Shown here in pieces: positions 10,630 through 18,458 of a DNA stretch of 64,000 nt (its first letter is position 1; the number at the start of each line of letters is the position of its first letter). Source of the stretch: an uncultured Gammaproteobacteria bacterium. GTDB lineage: Bacteria > Patescibacteriota > Patescibacteriia > Magasanikbacterales > UBA922. The notes beneath the pieces were generated by a model, which saw only the letters and a program-made list of their open reading frames with translations, made no database searches and was not told where the DNA came from. The position numbers and the translations under genes are program-made. Location: assembly GCA_964522435.1 (NCBI GenBank), contig CAZFUL010000005.1:21568-85567 (forward strand), given 5' to 3'.

Positions 10630-10985
10630 TTGCAGTAGCTTCTCGAAATAAACTCGAGAATGGTAGCGGAGGTTGTAGGACCTATGAGTGAAAGCAATTT
10701 TGCTCGTTCTCCCTCGCGGCTGCTCTAGATATCTAGTACCGAGTGCGTCTTGCCATGTGGCGAAAGTCACGTGGACAGGACACTCTGTAGTAGTACAGAG
10801 ATAAGCGATCTTTATACATACTCTACCTTGTTGGTGGAACCACTGTCTTTCTCACGTGAATAATACGATTGGGAAAGAGAGTGGTTCCACCGACGTCAAG
10901 CTGTGCTGTCCAGCGTTACGCATCTGGGAATGGTTCTCAGTGCGTTAAAGACGTCATCCACATCTGTGGATGTTTGACAGAGGAG
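10630..10985 (+). ncRNA. Highly structured 5' leader (candidate cis-regulatory RNA)
   Basis: Consecutive hairpins at 10741-85 (GAAA loop), 10783-800, 10830-94 (long), 10918-45 and 10953-78. Confidence 0.5.
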
Positions 10986-10991
10986 TGCCCC

Positions 10992-11255
10992 ATGAACGCC
11001 CCCGCGCTGACCGAGACGACCCCCGCCGCCAACGCCTACCGCCCCACCCTCGCCGAAGCTCGCCGCCGCGCCCGGAGCGCGGAGCGAAGTGGCCGTCCCC
11101 TCGAGCGGATCTACGCGATCCGGCTCGAGGAGGAGGAGACCCCCGCCCAGCCCGAGCGGGTGGTGGTGGCTCCGAAGAAGCCGGTCAGCCGTTCCAATCG
11201 GCGGTGCCCTGCTGAAAATCAGGGTGCGTTCGGCAAGGGACGACGCATCGACTAG
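10992..11255 (+). CDS. Small basic protein with an arginine-rich motif (candidate lambda-N-like antiterminator)
   Basis: SD AGAGGAG, ATG 10992, 87 aa; AEARRRARSAERS resembles the lambda N motif AQTRRRERRAEKQ. Confidence 0.6.
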   Translation: MNAPALTETTPAANAYRPTLAEARRRARSAERSGRPLERIYAIRLEEEETPAQPERVVVAPKKPVSRSNRRCPAENQGAFGKGRRID

Positions 11256-11491
11256 CCCCACTTCTGGGGTAACCATCCCTCAGCAAGGCTAGCTGAGGAT
11301 TACGATGGTCAACGATAGCCAAAAAAATGGAGGTACGTAACAATCACGTACCGTGATATAGCTTGGTGGAGAACGCTCCACCACCAGGCCCTGCGCAGCC
11401 CCCTCGGAGCGGGGGGCGAAAACGAAGATCGGTTGGGACTTCGCGTCTTTCCCAACCACGGCAGAGCAGGTGGCCAACTACCTGCAATCAA

Positions 11492-11625
11492 GCACTCGGA
11501 GTAAGGGAAGTATGCACATGCTTCCCACTCCACTATTCATCTCAAGTTTGTTGAGGTGAGTAGTGGAGGTTCCGTCTACTCCCGATTGAATCGGGATTTG
11601 ATGGATAAAACTGTTCATTAAAAAT
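11492..11625 (+). ncRNA. Conserved spacer module, copy 1
   Basis: GCACTCGG 11492; stem around TGCACA 11513-18; hairpin 11528-68; boxA-like CTGTTCATTAAAAA 11611. Confidence 0.7.
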
Positions 11626-11630
11626 AACAG

Positions 11631-11687
11631 CCACACTCAGAAAAAGAGTTCTTTGAAAAAAGGAATGTTTTTCTGAGTGTGGTTTTT
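11631..11687 (+). terminator. Terminator-like hairpin with a boxA-like sequence in its loop
   Basis: CCACACTCAGAAAAA / TTTTTCTGAGTGTGG plus T tract; loop holds GAGTTCTTTGAAAAA. Confidence 0.65.
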
Positions 11688-11735
11688 GCATTTCAACCAA
11701 CGCTGGAAATTCCAGCCGCAACCAGGAGGTGACTC

Positions 11736-12767
11736 ATGGACAAGGCGGCAGGGAATGTTCCAGGCTCGCCAAATATATTCCCGATCGGGGCCTGGAAATG
11801 GCTCGTGGTCGGGGAAAAAGTAGACCTCGACGCTATTCTGGCGTTGTACATTATGGGCATCCGCCCATGGTACGACATCCGGGTGGTGTCGGGGTCGGCG
11901 ACGGGTGCAGAGCTCGCGGATTCCCGCGTGCTCTGCATCGAAGTTGGAGGGAGCGGCCGGGTGGAAGAAGGAAACTTCGACCACCATGGTAGCTCCGGAG
12001 TTGTTGAATGCGCCAGCCGTCAGGCTTGGTGCATTTGGCAGAAAGAACAAGAACAGCGCGCGCGGATCCTCAACGGGTTGGTCGATTATGTCGGCCTCCT
12101 TGATGAAGGGCACCGTCGCGCCGAGTCCGGACAGGTTGCGTTTCCCTCGTTGACGCAACTCTTTTCCGGCATGCTCCTCTCTGTGCGTAAGCCTGAGGAG
12201 CAAATTCAACAGGGCTTGCTGTTGATCGACGCTGCTGTCCGCGTTGGTCTGAACCCGTTCCTTGAGAGCGGGAGCAAGTTGTTTGAGGTTCTGGACAGTG
12301 CCCGGCTGTGGGCTGCCACCAAGCGTGCGCATGAAAAGAATGGCGAAGCCATTCTGGCGAACGCAACGTGGCTCACCAGTCGGGAAGGGCGCCGGGTCGC
12401 GGTCATTGAGACCACCTGGTTCGGCGCCCCTGGTGCGTTGCAGGGGGCTGGGGCAGATCTCGTGATCGCCCTGAATCCTCGCCACTGTGTGAACGTAGCG
12501 GATTATTTTCGCAAGTTCACGGTGGCAGCGCATCGAGAAGCAGGCATTTCGGTTCTTCCTGCCCTGCCCGAGCTGAATCAGCTCGAGCTTGGATGGGACG
12601 GGCCTGGCCACGGCACAATCATCGGGTCACCCCGAGGAAAGAGCAGCTGCCTGAGTATGTCTCAGGTGGTAGCCGTGGTCTTTCGGCAAATTTTTGGGGA
12701 AGCGTTGCAGATCGATGAGATTTGCAACACCCCGGAAATTTTGCCGGAGGAATGCCTGGCGGCCTAA
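11736..12767 (+). CDS. DHH/MYG1-like phosphoesterase
   Basis: SD AGGAGG; VDLDA motif I, IEVGG..GNFDHH, C-terminal GWDG..HGTIIGSPR. Confidence 0.65.
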   Translation: MDKAAGNVPGSPNIFPIGAWKWLVVGEKVDLDAILALYIMGIRPWYDIRVVSGSATGAELADSRVLCIEVGGSGRVEEGNFDHHGSSGVVECASRQAWCIWQKEQEQRARILNGLVDYVGLLDEGHRRAESGQVAFPSLTQLFSGMLLSVRKPEEQIQQGLLLIDAAVRVGLNPFLESGSKLFEVLDSARLWAATKRAHEKNGEAILANATWLTSREGRRVAVIETTWFGAPGALQGAGADLVIALNPRHCVNVADYFRKFTVAAHREAGISVLPALPELNQLELGWDGPGHGTIIGSPRGKSSCLSMSQVVAVVFRQIFGEALQIDEICNTPEILPEECLAA

Positions 12768-13046
12768 CAGCCGCTCCCCATCTGGTTGGGGGTGAGGTAA
12801 TCAGACCCGTTTGCTTGCACGGGTAATGCAACAAGCACACGATGAATCTCCCAGCGCAAACAAAGTAGCGAAAACTGCGAAATGATTGCCAAAATGTTTC
12901 CGGGTAAAAACTCCGCCCGGGAAGTTTACACACAGAGGCAACTCTGGCACATGCGTGCATATTGTGTAGACTGGCTCAATTACGAGCAACATTCCTCCTT
13001 TTCCTTTCCGGGCGGAGCGCCTGGAAGAGGAGGGGGAGCATGCGTC

Positions 13047-13433
13047 GTGCATACCTCTACTCAGGATGACATCTTGAATGCCACCCAACATATCCCGACC
13101 GCCGAGCAGTTCGCTGCCGGCGTGATCGAACCCTGTTCGGAGGTGAAGGAGCGTATCGTCGTGCTTCTTACCTTCAACAAAATCCCTTCGCAAACTGAGG
13201 TTCTCGATCGGGCGCGTGCTTTGGCCGCGCTTGTGAAAGAACAGGGGTACAACGCCGCCATGATTGGTGGCGTCGCCTACCTGATGCCTCCCTTTGAGCG
13301 GGAGCTGCGTCGGGTGGGCGTGATCCCGCTGCATGCGTTCACCGAACGACGTGCGGTGGAGAAGCACACCCCCGAAGGCGTGGTGAAGACGAACGTCTTC
13401 GTCCACGTCGGTTTTTTTGAGGGGATTGAGTAA
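13047..13433 (+). CDS. Csx20-like small Rossmann-fold protein (candidate ring nuclease)
   Basis: SD GAGGAGG; GTG start assumed; ILNATQH.PT.EQ ... AMIGG..YLM ... AFTERRAVE..EG.VKTNVFVHVGF follows the Csx20 layout as I recall it. Confidence 0.55.
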   Translation: MHTSTQDDILNATQHIPTAEQFAAGVIEPCSEVKERIVVLLTFNKIPSQTEVLDRARALAALVKEQGYNAAMIGGVAYLMPPFERELRRVGVIPLHAFTERRAVEKHTPEGVVKTNVFVHVGFFEGIE

Positions 13434-13583
13434 AAAAAAAGAAAGGAAAAAAAGATGAGAAGATAGCGCGCCACTCACTTGGGCGCAAGGCATAAATACA
13501 ACTGAGGGGTGCCGTATCACCCCCTGCAAAACCATTCTCGTCTATACGGAGATAGAGCATGGCGATTGGTCCACGTTAAGGAT

Positions 13584-13683
13584 GCACTCGGATTCGGCTT
13601 TGCACAAAGTCGATTCCACCGGAATATTTTTCTTAGACAGAAGAATATTGGGGTGGGATAGAATGCGACTGTTCTTTAAAAAA
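13584..13683 (+). ncRNA. Conserved spacer module, copy 3
   Basis: GCACTCGG 13584; GGA-TCGGCTT[TGCACA 13601-06]AAGTCGA-TCC; hairpin 13614-58; CTGTTCTTTAAAAAA 13669. Confidence 0.7.
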
Positions 13684-13918
13684 TTATCCGCCTTCGTCAC
13701 CTTCTGGTGGCTACGGCGGACAAAGATAGCGTGTGCTCAAAAAGATTTTTGGCAAACAGAAATTTTTTTGAGCATACGCTCGTTTCCTACTCGGCAGGCA
13801 TGGTGTCTCGCCGGGTTAAACCAGGAACTGACCCCACTGAGTTGGGGAAAAAATGGGACAGCAACCCCATCAGTTCCCGCCGCATGTTCACGCGGCGTTA
13901 CTCTCTTTGGAGAGAAAC

Positions 13919-14857
13919 ATGAACAACTTCAAGACCTTGTCCTTCCTCCTGGGCCTCCAGCCCAGCGATCCGGCCTCCGTCATGGAGGTCGCCCCCACCC
14001 TCAACCTCGGGGCCGACGACAAGGTCGTGCCCCAGCTCGAGGCCGCCCTCCGGGCGGCCGGCCTCGAGGGCCTGGCCCTCGAGCGCATCGTGTTCCCCGG
14101 CAACGGGGCGGCGGCGATCGCCATGGTCGCCCTGTACGAGGGTGCGCAGGGGATGCAGCTGCCCACCCATGTGGTAGCGACGGCCCCCTTCAAGGGCAAC
14201 GCGGAGGTCGGTGAGTTCAACCTCGCCAACCTCCGTCACAACGAGGCCCGCAGCCTCCGGGACGAATTCGAGACCGACGAAGAGAATGCCACCGCCAACG
14301 GCGCGTGGCTCCTGCTCGACGGCTCGGGGCGCCCCGTGCCCAACCAGATCCTCCTGGATCTGATGCGGGAGACCGCCGGTGCCACCGACATCACGGTCGT
14401 GCCGTTGGGCATGCCCGCCCAGCGCAGCGTCACCGAGCCTTGGAAGGCCGCGGACGGTTCGACCACCACGGTCGACCGCCTGCGCGCCCTGCTCGCGGAC
14501 GGCGCCTTCACCCGCGCCGACCTGATGTCCGGGCGGGTGGCCTTCCTGCCCCCCGGGATGGGCACCGCGGCGCTCTGCGACGCGGCGATCATCTACGGCG
14601 TGGCCGAGTCCTGGCCCACCGTGGTACGGCAGGCTGGAACGGCGCCCTTCCCCTTCGCCGAGCTGGTGCGCGTGCACGAGCTGCGCCAGCTGGGCGCGCA
14701 GATCGCGGCCGAGCTGAAGACCGCCGAAGCCCCGGTGCTGGTGCCCCGTCACCTCCTGAACGAGGTGGTCGAGGCGCTGCAGACCCGCAACGAGGAGGGG
14801 GCGGACTACGGTGAGCTCCTCGACGAGCTCACCACCCTCCTCGCCCGCGGCCGCTAG
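13919..14857 (+). CDS. Protein with two tandem Csx15-like domains
   Basis: Domain 2 FLPPGMGTAA..AAIIYG...WPTVVR...AELVRVHELRQ; domain 1 IVFPG...LYEG...EVGEFNLANLRHNEAR; very high GC. Confidence 0.6.
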   Translation: MNNFKTLSFLLGLQPSDPASVMEVAPTLNLGADDKVVPQLEAALRAAGLEGLALERIVFPGNGAAAIAMVALYEGAQGMQLPTHVVATAPFKGNAEVGEFNLANLRHNEARSLRDEFETDEENATANGAWLLLDGSGRPVPNQILLDLMRETAGATDITVVPLGMPAQRSVTEPWKAADGSTTTVDRLRALLADGAFTRADLMSGRVAFLPPGMGTAALCDAAIIYGVAESWPTVVRQAGTAPFPFAELVRVHELRQLGAQIAAELKTAEAPVLVPRHLLNEVVEALQTRNEEGADYGELLDELTTLLARGR

Positions 14858-14989
14858 CCCACATGGTTCCCCAACTGGAACCGCAGTAACGCCAAAATCC
14901 TTCGTGACATGAGTTGGCATGTTACAAGGTAGGATGGCTCTCCTGGAACTTCTCCAATGAGCCACGCAACGGAGAGCGGAAATCTCCAT

Positions 14990-15110
14990 GCACTCGGGAC
15001 GGCTTGCAATGCACAACGCAAGCCATTCCCTTTATCGCTCTAAGAAATATCTTGGGTCGATAAAGGGGATACAAAAAAACAATCCCTGTTGAGACTGTTC
15101 TTTAAAAAAA
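14990..15110 (+). ncRNA. Conserved spacer module, copy 4
   Basis: GCACTCGG 14990; GGGA-GGCTTGC[..TGCACA 15010-15..]GCAAGCC-TCCC; hairpin 15026-69; CTGTTCTTTAAAAAA 15095. Confidence 0.7.
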
Positions 15111-15122
15111 TGTATTGAAACA

Positions 15123-15590
15123 TTAGACCCGCATGAGGTCGACTTTTTCTTCGACTCGCTGTTGACGTAAACTCACTGCGGCAAGGTCTGATTCTTGTTT
15201 TTGATAGAGGCCGATAAAGTCATCAACATGATTGTTGATTTCATGACGAAGGACAGCAATATCAGTTTTGAGTTCAGTTCTGACCAAAGTAATTTCTTGG
15301 TATAGCTCGGTTTTTGCTGATCGGATTTCTTTGTTCATATCCTTTCTTACCGATGTAATTTCTTGGCTGAGCTCCTTTTTTACCGATTGTATTTCTTGAT
15401 TGAGTTCTGTTCTTACTGATGTAATTTCTGTTTGTAATTCTTTTTGAAAGCGATTGATTTTTTTATCAAGTCTTTGTTCTACCTGAAAAAGATCGTCTTT
15501 GGTGGCAGCGTTATCTTTGAGAAAATCAATGGCTTCTCGATTTTCGTGAACGGCTTGGAGGATATCTCTGAGAGTTGGCTCGTGTTCCAT
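15123..15590 (-). CDS. AT-rich coiled-coil repeat protein (paralog of 9514-10077), antisense to the island
   Basis: 11-aa repeats ITSVRTELNQE/IQSVKKELSQE; ATKDD motif. Confidence 0.75.
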   Translation of the reverse strand: MEHEPTLRDILQAVHENREAIDFLKDNAATKDDLFQVEQRLDKKINRFQKELQTEITSVRTELNQEIQSVKKELSQEITSVRKDMNKEIRSAKTELYQEITLVRTELKTDIAVLRHEINNHVDDFIGLYQKQESDLAAVSLRQQRVEEKVDLMRV

Positions 15591-15954
15591 AGAAGAAGAC
15601 AGGTACCTAAATAATATATATACCATATCACAAACAAAAAAAAGAGACTATCAAAAAAATAAAAAAATTCGAAAATGCGCGATTGCTGATAGCTATTCAC
15701 GAGGAGTGGAATATTATCAGGAGTTGCGACAAGTATATACGGCAGTTCCTTACAAAAAAATATTTATGGTGAACAGCCTTCCACCACTCAATTAAGAGTA
15801 GAACAAGATAGATTACCCTATCTTGCTTTTTGCTTTTAGTTGAGTGGTGAAAGGGAAGAGAGACAAAAAAGCCGTCTCCCTCTAACACCATTAAACCGTC
15901 CCGCAAACTGGGGCGTCCGGCTGCTCGCCGGCTCTTTCAAAACGAGGAGGGGAA

Positions 15955-16509
15955 ATGAGCGCACATATGATGCGGTGGTTTGAGTTTTTGATGATCCCGC
16001 GCAACATGCTTGTGTTGGGATTGAGCGTCGGCCTCCTGGTCGCCATCATCGGCGGCTGGGACATTCTCGAGCCCACGAGCGGACTCGCCACCCTGGCCTT
16101 CGCTGCCGCCACCTGGTGGCAGACGAAGAAAAAGGCCAAGGCTCGCTACGCGAACATCGAGGGCGAGGATTTCATCATCGTTCTCGAGCTCAAAAGGACG
16201 GTGGTGGAGTCGATGACGAAGCAGTTTGGTCGGGCACCCGACCAGGTGCTCTTTGTCAAAAAATTGATCGGCACCATCGAGTTGACTACTGAAGAACACT
16301 GGGAAACACTCGTACGGGCTGTATGGGAGGTGATGTCCTCCCATCAGGATAAAAATATCTTATTTGCCAGTGACGTTCCCGGGCAACTCTGGGCATGTCT
16401 CGGACAGATGGCCGGGATGGACCGTCTCCGAGTCAAATGGCTCGGGTACTTCAATGGTCAAATCGATGAGAGCTGTCCTCGCCCCCGAGGTGATTGGATG
16501 TTGCCATGA
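15955..16509 (+). CDS. Two-TM membrane protein with a SAVED-like domain
   Basis: SD GAGGAGG; two N-terminal hydrophobic helices; ILFASDVPGQLWACLGQMAG..VKWLGYFNG resembles the SAVED C-terminal motif. Confidence 0.5.
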   Translation: MSAHMMRWFEFLMIPRNMLVLGLSVGLLVAIIGGWDILEPTSGLATLAFAAATWWQTKKKAKARYANIEGEDFIIVLELKRTVVESMTKQFGRAPDQVLFVKKLIGTIELTTEEHWETLVRAVWEVMSSHQDKNILFASDVPGQLWACLGQMAGMDRLRVKWLGYFNGQIDESCPRPRGDWMLP

Positions 16510-16976
16510 TTTGGTGCCTCCGCTCTGGCGAATCCGTGCGGGATCGGGATGATTCCCACCTGCACGGGGACGTCGTGAGGTACCTGCCCGAAGTGTTGGC
16601 TGCCACCAATTCGCGGGGGCAGGCAAGCATTGTTCGGGAGCACCGCTTTCCCAGGGTCGTTGGTGTGAAGAATGTGGTGCAGACCAACCAGTCTGACAGC
16701 ATTCTCTTCGCCCAACGGCCGGGGAGAGCGGGCTTATCGCGGTTCGTGTTGAACCGTCGCCCGGAACCCACCAATTGGGTTACGGTCATTCTGCGCCAGC
16801 AACCAACTGGCGAGTACATGATCGTATCTGCTTGGTGCGGACCGGCGACGACCCACGAACCGTGGGACAAGTACGCGACCCTGTCAGTCAGCCGCCGGTT
16901 CTGGAGCACCCACGCGATTGTGTGGGGCACCGAACCGGCGGACGAAGAAACCATAACCACAACCTGCCCCTGGTGA
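16506..16976 (+). CDS. Hypothetical protein, translationally coupled to the SAVED-like gene
   Basis: ATGA overlap; DR..SHLH, FAQR.GR.G.SRFV.NR.PEP, EPWD, FW..HA. Confidence 0.75.
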   Translation: MIWCLRSGESVRDRDDSHLHGDVVRYLPEVLAATNSRGQASIVREHRFPRVVGVKNVVQTNQSDSILFAQRPGRAGLSRFVLNRRPEPTNWVTVILRQQPTGEYMIVSAWCGPATTHEPWDKYATLSVSRRFWSTHAIVWGTEPADEETITTTCPW

Positions 16977-16996
16977 ATGTGGGCAGAAAAAAGGAG

Positions 16997-17125
16997 GCAC
17001 TCGAGGCTCGTTATGATATGCACATTCATACGAGCCGGCTTCACGAGTAGTGATTGCAAATGCAATGACTACTGATGAAGCCGCAACAGTAGCAGACCTG
17101 CTGCTGTGTGGTGTGTTCTTGAAAA
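16997..17125 (+). ncRNA. Conserved spacer module, copy 5
   Basis: GCACTCG 16997; GGCTCG-TATGA[..TGCACA 17019-24]TCATA-CGAGCC; hairpin 17036-83; TGTTCTTGAAAA 17114. Confidence 0.7.
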
Positions 17126-17179
17126 TCGAAAACAGTTTTTTGACATCCTCGATTTGATCGGGGAGAGGAGGAAGAGGCC

Positions 17180-18448
17180 ATGAAGCCGGTAATCGCTACC
17201 ATTCTGACTGCGGCGCTTGCGCTGCGGACGAAGATTGTGGAAACTCAGCGCGCCCTTGCGGGGGCGCTGGTCGAGCGTGAGGACGAAGTCCTCGCCTGCC
17301 TGGTCGCCATGGTCTGCGATCAGGCGGTGTTCTTCTATGGCCCGCCCGGCGTGGCCAAGACCTTCGTGGCCGAGCTCTTGCTCAAGGCCATCGAAGGTGC
17401 CACGTACTACACTGCCCTCATGCCGGGCGTGGCCGACCCTGACGACCTGTTCGTCGAGGGGATCTCGGTGGTGAAAATCGATGAGGGTGGCGGCCATATC
17501 CGTACCATCATCGAAAAAACACCTGGCAGAGCGGCGCTCGTCAACGGTGTCCTGCTCGATGAGCTCTTCAAGGTGGACGATCCACGTGTCCTCCAGGCGC
17601 TCCTGGATTTGACCTTGTCGGACGGTGTGCGCCTGGAAGGCCGGCGTCTGGCCGACCAGGCGCACCTCGTGATGGGCATCTCGAACGAAACTCCCAATTC
17701 TGGGAGCGAGTTCGATGCCCTTTGGGCACGGTTCGTCCTGCGTTTGTCCGTCAAGCCCCTCGGGGCTGACGGGCGTAAGCGCATGATCCGTATCCAAGAG
17801 GCTGCGGCTCGTAATGGCGGAGCAGGAGTCGTCCGCCCAGCGAATCCACTCACGTTGCAGGACATCGCGACCCTGCAGCAGGCTGCGGCGCAGGTCGACA
17901 TCGGAGATGACATCCTCGACCTCATCGAGGAGACCATCGACGAACTGTTCAGCCAAGATGCGGATGCCTTCCGCTGGCTGAAGCAGGACGATCGCCGTCG
18001 TGGCCTGATGGTCAAGGCGTTGAAGGCGCACGCCTTGATCCACGGACGGACGGCCGTTTCCAAGGCCGACCTGGTCATTCTGAAATGGATGATGTGGAAT
18101 CATCCAGATCAAATCGAGCAGGTCGAGGAAAAGGTGAAGCCGCTTGCGGCGACACCTTTCTCCGAAGCCTTGGAGGAGATCGATGACCTCCTCGCCCCCA
18201 ACGGCAAGGTGTGGAGGGCGTTTGAGAAGCGGGAAATGACCTGCTTCACGGACGCCGCCGCTCAGATCAACCGTTTGAAGGACACCGTCCTTCCTCGGTT
18301 GATCAGCCAAGCCAGTGGGATTGAACTCAGCCGTCTGGAAGCCATGAAGAATGGTGTCCAACGGCTGTTCACGGGAGTGATGGCGCGCATCTCGGGCCAG
18401 GAGTCCGAGATGAGCTGGGACGCTTTCGTCCAGCTCCTCAAGAGCTGA
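17180..18448 (+). CDS. MoxR/RavA-like AAA+ ATPase
   Basis: LVEREDEV, Walker A GPPGVAKT, Walker B LLDELFK, SNE sensor, ALWARF. Confidence 0.85.
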   Translation: MKPVIATILTAALALRTKIVETQRALAGALVEREDEVLACLVAMVCDQAVFFYGPPGVAKTFVAELLLKAIEGATYYTALMPGVADPDDLFVEGISVVKIDEGGGHIRTIIEKTPGRAALVNGVLLDELFKVDDPRVLQALLDLTLSDGVRLEGRRLADQAHLVMGISNETPNSGSEFDALWARFVLRLSVKPLGADGRKRMIRIQEAAARNGGAGVVRPANPLTLQDIATLQQAAAQVDIGDDILDLIEETIDELFSQDADAFRWLKQDDRRRGLMVKALKAHALIHGRTAVSKADLVILKWMMWNHPDQIEQVEEKVKPLAATPFSEALEEIDDLLAPNGKVWRAFEKREMTCFTDAAAQINRLKDTVLPRLISQASGIELSRLEAMKNGVQRLFTGVMARISGQESEMSWDAFVQLLKS

Positions 18449-18458
18449 GGAGGGAGAC

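Noticed and set aside
10743-10990. Group II intron starting GTGCG
   Set aside because: GTGCG is part of a local hairpin; no domain V or maturase found
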